64,000 nt of DNA from Lingula anatina (GCA_051362555.1 CM120640.1:33995967-34059966); one strand, 5' to 3'. Counted from the stretch's first letter, positions 1 to 12,900 are shown. Notes: generated by a model from the sequence alone, not told the origin. Program-made: numbers and translations.

Positions 1-237
1 GCGGCCTTCTCAAGGATGAAGCAAACGTATTTAGCCAATGTCTTCAGAGCGGGTTTATGCCAACTGAAGCGGTAATGAACATATGGTCTGCTTGCACTAT
101 GGAGAGTTGTTATGCTCTCCCTAACACCACTCAAGCCAGGAAGGTATCTTGCGATTTCTTGGACTATTTTGCACAAAGGTGTGAGCAGCTCGGTTTTTCA
201 GTGACACCAAATGTGTGGCTAAATGTCACTCAGTGTG
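1..237 (+). CDS. Gene 1 exon: C8 domain
   Basis: GLLKDEANVFSQC...ACTMESC...SCDFLDYFAQRCEQLG...WLNVTQC; donor G|GTAAGA. Confidence 0.85.
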
Positions 238-3200
238 GTAAGAATTAATATTGTACACTTAAATGCATATCATATTTTCTAAATTTTACTTTTTCAGCTG
301 TATATAGCTTCAAGGTCTCACAAGACTAATTATTTCAGTGTTTACTCTAAAAAAAAAGTTATCTAAATTTCTGCTTCATGTTATAATCTATTAGTTAATC
401 AGTGCTTTGTGAACAAATGTTTACAAAATGCATGTTAACTTTGTGAATTCTAACATTATTGTAATAGCTAAGATATTATTGAATGGCATAGCATGTAACT
501 CTGTTACTGTAATAGGTACCTGAATGAATTCAAACTTTCCTAACATATTACATGGTAATTGTGAAATTATCATAATGCAAGTAATGATATTTTCTCATTG
601 AATAACTAATATCTCTTACTTTTCCCTTTTACATGAATATTTATTTACTCCAGTAATTTTTTGTCTCTACATCAATTAAACCATAGGTTCTGCACTTGTT
701 CTGTGAGTTTGATGTTTTTATGTCCATAATAAAGTTTGCCTAATTATGTTTATTGAAGACTGCTTTGAAAATTTCCATATACCTTAATTTGAGATTACCT
801 TTTTATTAAGGACCTTGAAGCATGGTAACCTAATGAGTTATTTCTGATTACTATGGGAACTTACACTTATGGGTTATTTTTGATTACTGTGGCAACATAT
901 ACTGAAGTTTCTGGCATTTATCTCTGGAGATGTATCTCAGTTATTAATATTATTTTCCTCAGCAAAAGTCTGTGGCCCTTACATGACATACCAGGCCAGA
1001 GGCCCTGGCTGCCGGGACACTTGCGCGCACCCCAACGCAACTTTGAACTGCGAGGAGCCTCAGGAAGAGGGATGTTTCTGTGATGCTGGGATGGTGCTAA
1101 GTGGAAACATGTGCGTGCACAAAGAAGAGTGTGGATGTGTGGATGTACAGGGATCTTATCACGAGGTATATTTGTGTACCATTCTTGCTGGACTTTAAGG
1201 GGTGGCAAGAGAAAAGGGTTGTGAATTTTGGTTTGGGAAGCCTTCACATATCAGTGTATGAAACAATGAGATAGACTTAATTTGTTGAATTGCCTAAGTG
1301 CCCAGAATGTAAATTGTCTGATGTAGCCCAAAGTTTAGTGACTTTGCATAAAAACAAGTGTGATTTTGCAGGTTTTGGTTGAGAGTGGGTTTAAATTCAT
1401 GACAAAAAGTCCAGATTAGTATAATCAGGAAAAAGGCCTGATTGGTGATTTCTGAAATAAATGTATGTGCAGTATCTTATAGAAATATAGGGAAAAGGAT
1501 TGATTTAAATAATGTAACCCAAACTTTAAGTTTTTATGAAAAAAATATTTTCTTAATACTAAATAATGTTCTTTTGACAGCTGAATACAACATGGTTGTC
1601 AGTCGACTGTAGCATAAGTTATACATGTTCGAGGTTTGGCGCTGCTCAAGCTCAGATCATGGCTGTGGACTTTGGCTGCGGCCTCAATGCTCAGTGTGTG
1701 CTGAAGAATGGTATAAGAGGATGTCACTGTCTGCCAACTTATGTGGGCGATGGTCAAATATGCAATGGTATGTGCTGAAATGATAATCATAATTTGAATA
1801 AAAGGTGAAATGTTGTTTGGCATCATTTTCAAAAGCGTCTGTTTAAATAACATAAACAGTGTAGTACTACAACTATTTTTCGTTATGAAAATAATTGAAA
1901 GTTGAATGAAAAGCATTACACACACCCAAATGACAGATATTGCCAGAGACTGGTCATCTTGAGCTAGTTGTCACTGCTGTACCCAAATCTCTGTAGAGGT
2001 CAACACCCACATTTCACTTCACCTCATCCTCATCCTCACCACATTAGCATAATATAATTTGCAAGTGACAGTTATATTAAATGACTAAGCTCTTTACAAA
2101 CTGAAATATAAAGTTTTAACTCCATCTTTGCATTGTGTTTCAGCTACGATCTGTCAACCACCTGGGGATGCCACCTTTGCCACTATTTCTCATATTGGTC
2201 CGTACCCTGTAGGTACCACTGTGAAGTACACGTGTTACTCAGGGTACCAGCTTCTGGATGGATCTACTTTCGTGCAGCTCACATGTCTGTCCAGTGGCAC
2301 GTGGGATGGGCTGCCACCTATATGCAAGCGTACGACAATTTTGTTTTGAAATTTCAATTTTTGCAATTTTTTCAGACACACTTAATTAATAAATATATTA
2401 AGTCCATCCTAATTGAGCATATATTTTCTGCAGTAACACATTTCTGGAAGGTTGAAGGATTAAATTGTTGTTCTAAAATAAATTTTCTTCGGTCATTATA
2501 TCACTTGTCCAGGTTAGAAAAGATAATATTATTAAATTAATAGAAAGAGTGTGTATTTATTTATGTATTTATTTTTCACCAGATATTCACAGGTACATGT
2601 AATGTCTCTGGCTAAATATTGTCAGTTTTCTAACTGTGGCTGGTGGAAAATGTGCCAATAACATCTGCCACCCTGGTACAGGGTATCAATCATGTACTGT
2701 ATGTCAGCAGTTCATTTGTCACAGAAAGACAATGCTATTTATCTGCACGTGCAGATTTAATTGCTTCCAACTGGCCAAAAGTTACATGTTGACTAGTGGA
2801 AAATGTAGCTATAATATTTGCTGCCCTAGTAGAGGGTAGTATTTATTGATGATCTTTCTTTCATTCATTTATCCTTTTATCATACTCATTTTAATTGGTG
2901 AAAATCCTTTTGTTTTCTTTTCCAACAGAAAAAACTACTTGCGATGACCCAGGTCCTGGAATGAACGCAGTGCGTGATGTTAATCAGTTCCCAGTAGTCA
3001 ACGGGACAGTGATTATCTACACATGTAAGCAAGGCCTCACCATATATGGTGGGTTCACAGAGAAGAAAATCACATGCTTACTCGGGGGGCGCTTTGATTG
3101 GAGCCCTCCTACTTGTCTTGGTAAGTATTTGAATAAGATACAAGCAACATGCTAATGTCTTGTAAGCATGATTCTAAGATTTGTTTATGAAATGATAAAT

Positions 3201-6200
3201 TGTGTTTGTAAACAAAGGGTTCACCTGCCAATTTCAGTTTGCTTTCTAGGTAAATTTGCTGGTAATGTCTCACATTGATTTTAAAACATAGCTAAAAATA
3301 GTAAAAACTTTATTGACTTTCCAGATATTAATTATTCACTCTTTTATTTGCATTAGATAACCATTATGATATATACATTGGTTGGATGTTAGTGAGAGTT
3401 TCAAGTGCCAAATCTTGATTTGAGAGTTTGTATGTCAAAAATTTTCTCAAATGTTGTTTCTTTCTTTTCCAGAGTACACACTTGGTGAGTTTTGTTTCAT
3501 TATAACAATATAATGACATTAAAGCATCATGTAATTTTCTTAAACCATGTAATCCTTTTTTTTTTTTTTTTGCAAAAGTAATGACTTAGAGGCAGTTCAC
3601 CAGCCTTTAACTTGCTGTCTTTAACTTGTTGTGAATTAATTTTGTTAATGTTGACATTTTAGTTTGCAAACAACAAATGAGTAATGCTAAATGGTGTTTG
3701 TTTTAAGGTGAGTACTGTGACTACTGCCTTGATTTGGACGGCCCTGGACATTACGTAGACAGGACAGACTGCAGCAGGTTTATCCAGTGTTACAGGTCAG
3801 AGACTGGGGAGGCTATCGCTGTGGTCAAGTACTGCCCGCCAAATCTATTTTGGAGCCAGGAGGATTTAACTTGTGTGAGATGTGAAGACACTACTTGCAC
3901 TGGAGTTAATACAGGGAAACCAGACTGCGGAGACATAGGTATAGGGGATTTAAGATGCATTGACATCAGGGTCAAATTTTTCTGAACAAGTCCCAGTGTG
4001 GTGGCTATAGGTTAATAAACAACTAGAATTTTTTCGTTTGAAGATGTACTGAACAAAACAACCTACAGATGATATTGTATAATGTACCCATGTTTGGTGT
4101 TTTACAAAGATGTGCTGTTAGACAAGTCATTTAAATTTCATGTACTTCTTTGTCTAGAGGTCATTTATTGAGGACACATTAAGTTTATACTTGGTGTGAA
4201 TGATCTTTTATGGATACACTACATATGACAGATTTTATAAAAAAGGATGCTACACTGAACATATAGTTGTGTAAATGTAAGGTAGTTCGTGAATTTTCAG
4301 GCAAAAAAATTACATATTTGTAATCAATAATGTTTTCAACTAAATGCACTTATTTAAATAAAAATATCATTTATAAGAATTTTGAGAGTGAAAAACTGAA
4401 AACTCAAAAAAAGAGTACATGATGATTTTCCGATAAAAAATTCAACTAATTATTATATACAATCAATATCTTAATTATATTATTCCTAAGCTGTCCTATT
4501 TTCTGATTTGCAGGCAGTTGTCCAGAAGGGTTCCACGCAAATCCCAGTAATTGTGCAGGATATATATGGTGTACTCAGACGGCCATTTTGTATAAATGTT
4601 GCCCGTATGGAACTGCCTGGAATGATACAACTTCATCTTGTGTGCACAAACCTCCCGAGTGTACAGATGTCTGTGCTGCGCCTATTTCTAACATTACTAC
4701 TACTACTACAACTGTCGCACCAACAACTACAGGAGAGAGTGGAGGTTAATTATTTTTCTTTTTGTTAATCCTGATGTTAAGGGGCAGCTAGTCCCAATGG
4801 CTGTATACAGAAAGACTTCGTTTCTATCCTTCTTGATTTCTGTAGCAAAATTACCTATCTATCCAACTTATCTCATGAACACAGAAGCATGTTGGGAATA
4901 GATCAAGTTGTTTGAAATAAGCAATTTTTTAAAAACTATTTAGGAAACAACTAACACAAACCAAAGTATATATGGCAGAATGCATATTCATACTTGTCAA
5001 ATAGTGCAATTTGAATGTGAGAGGCTGATCTTGTCCATCGTGCTTTACCAGTTTCTTCTTTTTTTTTCAGTTATCTGTACTTATGGACCCTATAAGAAAG
5101 AGGTGATAGATAGCACAAGCTATTATTTGCTGTGGTACGGAGGGGTTAAGATCTATATGTCATGTGGAAACCAAGTTTTCGATGTTTCAATCTGTGATTG
5201 TGCCAAGTCCAGTGACCTGTGTGAAGGTACGTATACTGTAGTGCATATACATTTCTCTCTTTTTAATGCCCTTATTTAATACACTAGCTATCTACCTGCT
5301 ATGTAACTGTTGTTTATTTACAGCTATAAATTATTATATAATTATCTGTTTTTCAGTCTTTTCTAAAGTGCCAGTGTTTTATGGATATTTCTGAAAATAT
5401 GACATTAAAAAAGATTAAAATCAACCACACTTTAATTTATATATTAGCAACCTCTTCTCTCCTCCTCTTCTTTAAGATTTTTGCATGGATATGTCTTCCT
5501 TCATCAAAACACCCTGTGTTTAAGAGAATAATAGAAACTCTGCTACATCAGATACTGCCAATGGCAGATACATAGATGATACTAGTAAAGAGGTAAATTT
5601 TCAGTATCCTTAGAAACCCAGGGTTTTAAAGATGTAAAGAATGAAAAGGGGTCCATCTGATATATTGCTTATAATTTTCGGTTTTTCGTTTTACAGGTGA
5701 ATACGCCATTGCCTGTTTTCCATTTGACAGCCATTACCATGACTCCACAGGGAATATATGGTGGACGAAAACTACAAACATGCAACTCGTTTCTGTTGCA
5801 AAACATGGGATGTCTGCCTATTTCAATGGCAACTCGTCCTTTATGGAGATCCCATTCTTTCAAAATTACCAGTTCCCATTGACGTTTACATGCAGTTTTT
5901 GGTACATGTCTGTCAGTGGTATGGATAGCGACAGAAAGGGGCTAGTTAACAATGGCGACTGTGAGCATGAACCAATGTTCACAGTGAGGCTCAGCAATGG
6001 TGTAACTGGAACGCTCAGTGGAGGAGTTTACACAGTGAATGAACATAACCTCACCAATGCATATGAGAATATACCGGTGCGTAAACCCCCTCCCCCCCAA
6101 AAAAAAATTATATATATATATATATATATATACCCATCATAACAGATATAATGTATTTCCAGTAGGTTAGATTAATATGTTTAGAATTATAATTGGATAC

Positions 6201-6293
6201 AATAATCATTATGAATTACAAAACCCTATGTGAGTACCTTGATGTAACTCTTTCTATTTGGCAATTTAATTATGTGTTCTTTTATTGTGACAA

Positions 6294-6328
<35 letters not shown>

Positions 6329-8496
6329 AGAAAGAGAGAGAGAGAGAGAGAGACTACTTCAATATAAAGTCGATAAGAAATACCAAACCAAAATTTAATC
6401 CACACTATAATACTATACACCTTTAATTAATTCGTTGATGTAAATATGAACATTTAGGCCATGTTGGATGTGTGGCATCATGTTGTTATGATGTGGGATG
6501 GGACAGCGGTCACATTCTACCTTGATGGAAGCCTGGTCAGTGCCACCAATGTTAACATCGGAAGTGGTACGTTTTCTTTTGTATTGATTGTGAAGTGAGA
6601 TTTAAAAGAAGCTCATGAGAAGCAGATACAGCCGGTATTAACAATTTACGTAAGATCTACATTTACAATAGTCATGGATTTCTCATAGTTTTCATTCTTT
6701 TGTTTTGTTTTACTGTGAATTTAAAATTTTCATGTTGTTTTCAAACATTAATCAACAAAGTAATATTATCATAGATTATATGTTCAAGAAATAATGATGT
6801 TCATTAGCTTGCGATGTTCAAAGTTATTTCTTCTTTAGAGAGAACAGCACATGTATATTATATAGTTTGTTTCAAATACAAAAAAAATAGCTTAAAGAAA
6901 AAAAAAACAAAATTGCAACATGTCATCGTTAATATGCTTTGTATAGATATCCAAACCATCACGCCCAACTTATGTTTTAACATGAAGTGAAACTATTTCA
7001 TCTTCCTTACAAACTTCCTTGGCCGTGCTATGCACTCACCGAGATAATAAATTACTGCGGAAGTGCACCGAAAAACTAAAAAAAATGTAAGTCTTGCGTA
7101 AGCAAACTATCCCCCCCGGCTCCACTAAATCAAGGCTAATTCTCAAGATATAGGAACGGCCGGAAATGATGATGAAATACCTTGCCTGGCTATCTGGAGT
7201 ATATCGTAGTGTACTTGTCGGAGTACCAAAGATATGATTTTCATTCCCCTTATTTTTTGCAATTTATTTATTCAGAGTTTTAGATCTAAAAGCTGTTTAA
7301 AACTTCAGTCATAATTTTTGATTTGTTTAAGATTTTAAAAAACATAATTAAGCGAGAGGGCATCTCTCTTCTTGTTGACGTACATTTACTTTTGTGAATC
7401 AGAGTATAAAAAAATGGCCCTATGATACGGGGAACTGTGACCGTTGATCAGACAGACACATGATAATGAAATAAAATTAAATAATTATCCATGGAATCCT
7501 CCACCATCTCCCCCTACCCATACACACATACACAAAACACACACATTAAGTCCTCGATGTATTTTTTTTCAAGGTTTAATCAAGAGGTCTCCCGTGTCAC
7601 TTATCCTCGGCCGCAGCGTCTACTGCGACTACCAGTTTGATGACAACACATTCCTACACGGATACATAGATGAGGTAAGACTTATCGATTTCAGCTTGAA
7701 ATCATAGATTAAATACGTCTCTTTATGTTCATGAAATATCGAGTCATTGTGTTACGGCAGTCAGCAATAAGTTTAATTTGTTGGTTTATACCAGGAGAAC
7801 CCATAATACGTTTGCCACCAGCCTTGCGAATATATTTTTCATCTAAAAAAAGCTGTGTTTAAAAACGTCTACTATGACGTGAAGGGAGTTTTGGCGGGCA
7901 TGGGAGTAGGGAGTACCTTGTATAGATTAATATTAGATAACTGTTCTAGATGGCCCGGCCAAAAGTAGATTCAGAAAGTGACTTATGACTTTTCCCCGAA
8001 AAGGGGCTTGTTCTAGCACGTTAGGCTGTAGTAGTACTATTCTTAAACAAATGTGTGTATTGATTTGAAAACTGAGAACACGCTCGTAGCACTCATGTTA
8101 GTGTCCAGTTTTATTCAGTAAGGACAAGCCTCGTGGGTATAGGGTTAAAAAGTCGAAAGCCTGTGGAATGTACAGAAGATTTTATCTGATAAAAGATGTC
8201 TTAGTAAATAATTATGTCCAACTTTGTTGTATAGTATATATCAACGTAGGCAGACTAATCATAGGTGTTGAGAAACCCTTCAGGGTCATTACGACAGAAG
8301 GGGGCGTGGCACGCCAGCATAAGGCGTTGGCTTGATTTATTACGAAGCATAAAAGTCGTTAGAGTGCATTTCCATGCTCTTATTTTAACATGCACATTGG
8401 GCGAATTGATGTCTTTTTTTTTCATTTCAGCTTAAGATGTTCCGGAAAACTTTGACTATTACAGAGATCCAGTATCTCTACCACGAGTATGACTGA
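1..8496 (+). CDS. Gene 1 (5'-truncated by window): extracellular C8-TIL-TILa/EGF-Sushi x2-chitin-binding type 2 x3-LamG protein (zonadhesin/FCGBP-like with Pif/BMSP-like C-terminus)
   Basis: Exons <1-237, 963-1165, 1581-1767, 2144-2329, 2929-3120, 3473-3484, 3708-3938, 4514-4744, 5071-5226, 5697-6076, 6458-6566, 7574-7674, 8431-8496; all GT-AG introns with matching phases, giving 762 open codons to TGA at 8494-8496. Domains recognised from Cys spacing and motifs. Confidence 0.88.
963..1165 (+). CDS. Gene 1 exon: TIL domain
   Basis: CGPYMTYQARGPGCRDTCAHP...CEEPQEEGCFCDAGMVLSGNMCVHKEECGC; acceptor ttttcctcAG, donor GTATAT. Confidence 0.9.
1581..1767 (+). CDS. Gene 1 exon: TILa-like plus EGF-like
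   Basis: WLSVDCSISYTC...CGLNAQCVLKNGIRGCHCLPTYVGDGQIC; acceptor ttttgacAG, donor GTATGT. Confidence 0.88.
2144..2329 (+). CDS. Gene 1 exon: Sushi/CCP 1
   Basis: CQPPG...YPVGTTVKYTCYSGYQL...LTCLSSGTWDGLPPIC; phase 1-1 exon. Confidence 0.92.
2574..2838 (+). mobile_element. Partial copies of TACCCTCTACCAGGGC-terminated MITE (family D)
   Basis: Internal similarity to 42797-42928; two terminal motifs CCCTGGTACAGGGTA and GCCCTAGTAGAGGGTA. Confidence 0.55.
2929..3120 (+). CDS. Gene 1 exon: Sushi/CCP 2
   Basis: CDDPGP...GTVIIYTCKQG...ITCLLGGRFDWSPPTC; donor GTAAGT. Confidence 0.92.
3473..3484 (+). CDS. Gene 1 12-nt microexon (E-Y-T-L)
   Basis: Polypyrimidine tract tttctttcttttccAG, then AGTACACACTTG, then GTGAGT; phase 1-1, frame-preserving. 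Confidence 0.7.
3708..3938 (+). CDS. Gene 1 exon: chitin-binding type 2 (CBM14) domain 1
   Basis: CLDLDGPGHYVDRTDCSRFIQCY...VKYCPPNLFWSQEDLTC. Confidence 0.9.
4514..4744 (+). CDS. Gene 1 exon: chitin-binding type 2 domain 2 plus Thr-rich linker
   Basis: SCPEGFHANPSNCAGYIWC...CCPYGTAWNDTTSSC...TTTTTTVAPTT; not the frame given in the ORF track. Confidence 0.88.
5071..5226 (+). CDS. Gene 1 exon: degenerate chitin-binding-like domain 3
   Basis: C...SYYLLWYGGVKIYMSCGNQVFDVSICDC; canonical splice sites, phase 1-1. Confidence 0.8.
5697..6076 (+). CDS. Gene 1 exon: LamG/ConA-like domain, N-part
   Basis: ACFPFDSHYHDSTGN...SAYFNGNSSFMEIPFF...FTCSFW...GLVNNGDC. Confidence 0.9.
6109..6132. repeat. (TA)n microsatellite
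   Basis: Direct reading. Confidence 0.9.
6296..6352. repeat. (GT)n(GA)n compound microsatellite
   Basis: Direct reading. Confidence 0.95.
6458..6566 (+). CDS. Gene 1 exon: LamG core
   Basis: WHHVVMMWDGTAVTFYLDG LamG hallmark; donor GTACGT. Confidence 0.9.
7021..7161. mobile_element. Possible MITE
   Basis: Imperfect terminal inverted repeats GGCCGTGCTAT ... ATAGGAACGGCC. Confidence 0.35.
7574..7674 (+). CDS. Gene 1 exon: LamG C-part
   Basis: LILGR...FLHGYIDE (LamG F-x-G-x-I-D-E-type motif); donor GTAAGA. Confidence 0.88.
8431..8496 (+). CDS. Gene 1 terminal exon
   Basis: LKMFRKTLTITEIQYLYHEYD*, the usual LamG terminal strand and helix; acceptor tttcatttcAG. Confidence 0.85.
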   Translation, partial: LKMFRKTLTITEIQYLYHEYD

Positions 8497-8755
8497 ATAG
8501 CTCAAAAAAGCGACATGGCAGATCTCGTCCAATTCAATAATTAAACATATTATGAAAAACTGCCTTATGGAACTGGGGATAGGGCACTTTGATTAAAGTT
8601 TAATGTCACAGACAACATGACATGATTTCAAATCTATCTCATTTTGTAATGATTGGATACTTGAAGGTGTTTGTGTATTAATTAAAGGCTTTATATTAAT
8701 AATATATAACCAGCCAGAGACTTATGGAAGTTTTATGAACGTCAAGAGTGTTGAC

Positions 8756-8907
8756 AATAAATATTGTGAGAATGAATTCATGAATTAACATTTATGTCAG
8801 AAGCTGTTGTGAAAATAAACTTCAGTTAGCTGTTACAAAATAAACTTCAGTTACTATTGTTATGACTCATAAAGTTATTTTATTCAGTTCATTTACTACT
8901 TAATAAA
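8756..8907 (+). terminator. Candidate polyadenylation signals of gene 1
   Basis: Several AATAAA hexamers 260-410 nt after the stop; two lie in a duplicated AAAATAAACTTCAGTTA. Confidence 0.5.
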
Positions 8908-9940
8908 TAATATTGTTGTATGGTTAACTGTTTTTCTGTGTTCTTCTTCACGAGTAGTCTGAGATTCATTTACAAAACGGTCTCAAGATATAGATCGAAA
9001 GAAATTTAGCCAGTTAAGGCCGTTTTAACCCTCGCTCGATAATAAACATGGTCATCTGAATGATTAAGAGGCGTGGCATAACCGAAATATCTAATTATAC
9101 AGTACAGTAAATGTGTTGCGTTTCATAATGTCATCAATATTCACGGGTCTGCTTAATATATTGTTTCGTTTCATCTATATTACGACGTTTAAATTGCAAA
9201 AAATTAAATGTGCCTTATTTGTATTTTCCAAGAAATTAATGTTAATGTTCGTCTGGGTAGTGTGAAAACCATTTTCGTGTTATATATTATTTCAGTCACG
9301 CTGGTCTTCTAATACTGTTACTATTTTCATTCTCTTGCCCCCCCCCCTCCCCAACAAGTCGGTATACGACAGAAGTATTTTCATAAACGTTTCTCAAACT
9401 TCATCCAATTCATTATCTTTTTGACCCTGTAATCATCTTTTTTTAAGTGAAAGCCTCGCAAAAAAAATCCTGTTCCGATTAAGGCATTCGTATGCCCATG
9501 CGCCGTGGATTTAAAGGCGAGTGTTATGTATTGTTTAATTCGCTGAGAAATAAAAGGTCACAAGTAGCTCATGGTGATATCAATGTCATCGAAATGTGTT
9601 AGCGAAAAATCCATCTTATAGTGGCGATGTACAACGTAATTAGTTCAATCATAAGTGAAAAGTCGCTCGTTTTCTGTCGGGTCGCGAACACGGTGCAAAT
9701 CGGCCGTAAGCCATACATATTTCTCTGTCTCAAACACACACCTCAATAAATCTTTCGAAGTGGTCTTTTGTTGCGTTGGTCATCGATTTCCTTCTGTTGT
9801 CCACTCGGCTGTGAGGGTGAGATCATATCTATACTGACTGGCCAAAACTGCAGTTCGAGTTTATCGTCCAGTTCGCTGCCACGCGGTGTCCTACGCTGTC
9901 CGAATATCTTCCCAGCCGCGTCCTGCAGTGCAAGAAGAAG

Positions 9941-9997
9941 ATGACGGGCCAACACATTGGACTAGTGGCGTTTCTTTGTATATCCGTCTTTTCACAG
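9941..9997 (+). CDS. Gene 2 exon 1: signal peptide
   Basis: MTGQHIGLVAFLCISVFSQ hydrophobic leader; AAGATG start context; donor CAG|GTTTGG. Confidence 0.7.
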
Positions 9998-12900
9998 GTT
10001 TGGTATATTTGTCATATTTAGTTCTCATTTATCTTTTTATCATTGTTGTTGTTTCTCTTGTGTTTTACTGAAATCGTATTCCATGTTACCACGACACTTT
10101 CATATGTTATACAGGACAAGTAGTGGTCCGTGCAAGTGTTATAAATGTAGTACACCCAACGTCCCATTATTTTTCGTGTTTAAAATATATATGTAATTGT
10201 GTCATGTTTAAAGAAAATAAACTGCATAAAATATTTGTAAAGGAGAGAAGTTACCAACACTGCGCAGGCAGTTTGGGGAGTAATTTATCTTCACCTGAAA
10301 AAAAAAACCCTACCAGCCAATAAAACAGATTAAGTTAGAATTGGGCCTGCAACTTTTTGAAAATTTTCTCTGCCTGCATTTCACATCCAGCCTAAGCGCG
10401 TTCCTCATTTCACTTTGGCCACTTGATTACAGTTTTCACTTTTAAGGTGATCGCGGCACTGATATTAGAAATAAAATTACTAGCAGTACTAACAAATATA
10501 TATATAGTTCACTGCATGTAACTATTCACAGAAACGTGACTAATTCTTAGAATAGTTAGATTTCCAATCTGTAAATATTTGTACCTAGGCCCACTGTATG
10601 ATTATTTTCAGTTCGAGCACCGTGTTTCTTTATCCCACAAAACTAAGGCACATTTTTCACCGGAAAGAGGTTTTTTCACGAATATTACATACGTGAGGCC
10701 TGCCATCATATTTTCTGTAAAACTCCTGTCTTTAAATTACAACCTACAGCAGGCAAGATGTAGTATACCCAATGTAAAGGGGGTGGCTAGGTGGCAATAA
10801 TGATTAATTTTACGAATTTTGATAAATTTCAGACTTCCATGACACTTCCGGATTATCTATGTGCAATGAGTGACACAGAAATGGATTCGTCAGTAGATGG
10901 CGTTGCAAAGGTAGTATTTTCATTTCTCTAAAACCCATTTCATTGATTCTTTTTTTAAATTAATATACAAGATCACATCTCAACTCAATTATTTGCATAA
11001 CCATAGCCTTATTACATAACCCAAGCTTATGGCATAAAACTAAGATTTTGTAAAGCAGCAAATATATCCAAACGTCTGAATGTTTACGCACATTATTTTC
11101 TTTATTACTATTTTAGTAATGGCCCGATATTCTTTAGTGTCAAGTGGCATTATGTAGACGTTTTGTCGTAATGCGATCTTTAAACAGTCCCATTTCATTA
11201 TTTCTTCACGCATATTTAAATTCTGGCGAAGTTTAAGGAGACCGTTTTCGAATTCGTTGTATTATCTGCAGAAATTATTTGCCTGCCATTGGGTGGCAAT
11301 GACGCCATGTCGATTAAGACAGCATGATTTACTGGTTGTTTTATATAAAGTATTCACGAGCATCTTCTATTCGATTATCAGTTCAATTTTTATTTCATCA
11401 TAGGAAAATTTGTTCATGTCCCACATGAAAGAAACATTGAAGAATACCAGAGGGCGTTTCGGACGACAGAAAAGACAAATTATTAGTGGGTCTACAAGGA
11501 AATGGGACGCCACGAAGCCAATTTACTATGTGCTTCGAGATGCGGATCAAATTCGTAAGTTATGATTTATGAATAAAAATAAATTGAACTCGGAGTATTT
11601 TATTACATTAAATACGCCAAATTTTTAAAAAATAATATTCATTGAATGTAAGAAAGAAACGGTCACCATTACAGATGGACAAATAACATTCTTTAGATTC
11701 TATAAAACTTTTTTAGTTAAACTTGATCTTTTCTGAAGATATTCTGGACAAATTGGTGGTCATTTTCTTTTTTCGTTTAATGTCTCTGGTCAAATATGGT
11801 TATACGAAATATTTAAATATGAATGTTTTAATGGGATGTCCATCTGTCCTGTATGTGCTTGTAAATAATTTCTACGAGAGTTTCCGTATCAGGGAGCTTC
11901 GGGTAAATTTTCCTTGAAATTGTCACTGCAAGGTTATGCTAAAATCTGGCTACTTACCTTACCCCGGTACACACTCATAAATAACTGAAGACTTATCGTT
12001 TTGTAAAGCATGTAGGGATAATTAGTTGCCATATACCTAAATTTAAATTTTTAGCACCGTCCAAACTTGCTATGATACGTTTGGCATTGGATCTATGGGA
12101 ACAGGGCACGTGTCTTCGGTTCGAAGAAAACCTCAACGCAACTGGAGACTTCCTCGAAATCTACGGATATCAGTAAGAAGTTCCGTTACTAGTGCATCTT
12201 ACATTATATCAAATTGATCTCTTTTCAGAAGATTTTCCTGGAAAAAGCTTTAGTATTTTTCACACATTTTTTTAAGTTTGTATTTTAACCGGCAAATCCG
12301 CAACTATTAACCTTTTTTCTTCAAGCAAAAGTAACATTATTCCTCTTGACCTTTATTTACACCATTTCCCCAGAGTTAATAAATTGATAAACTTATTTTA
12401 GGGATTTGTGCGGGTCCTTGATTGGACGGATCACCGATGGATCTCCTCAACCCATTTTCTTAGATTGCCCCCTGGTGAGTACGTTTTTTTTTTTTTTTCA
12501 TGCCCTTCCATTTATTGTATGCTACATTATTTTAATGCATCCAGAAAGACAATCAGATATGTAAAATTATATCATTCGTGTGTACATTAAGTTTAGGATA
12601 CCCTTACATGCTTAAATAATGATGATTTACATGTAAAATTATCCAACTGATAAACTGTTGATTGAAGGGATGACAACTCTTCACTTTTGCGGGGAAAGTG
12701 TCATGAAACGGATTTTTCTAGGGTAGACGATGATTTTCCCATACTGAAGAGTTGTTATTCCGTTGAGTTTCAATGTAATATTGAATGTCTAGATTATTTG
12801 TAACGTTAACTTTATCAACGCCATTATGACTTTTCTCTTCGGGCACTTTACAGCCCGGTTACATGTCTCAAGTCATCGGGCTTGCTCTAGGATTCTACCC

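Noticed and set aside
4508-4768. 86-aa ORF with Leu-rich stretch
   Set aside because: Wrong frame; the true exon 4514-4744 encodes a chitin-binding domain
8164-8185. miR-1-like TGGAATGTACAGAAG
   Set aside because: 3' part diverges and no precursor hairpin seen
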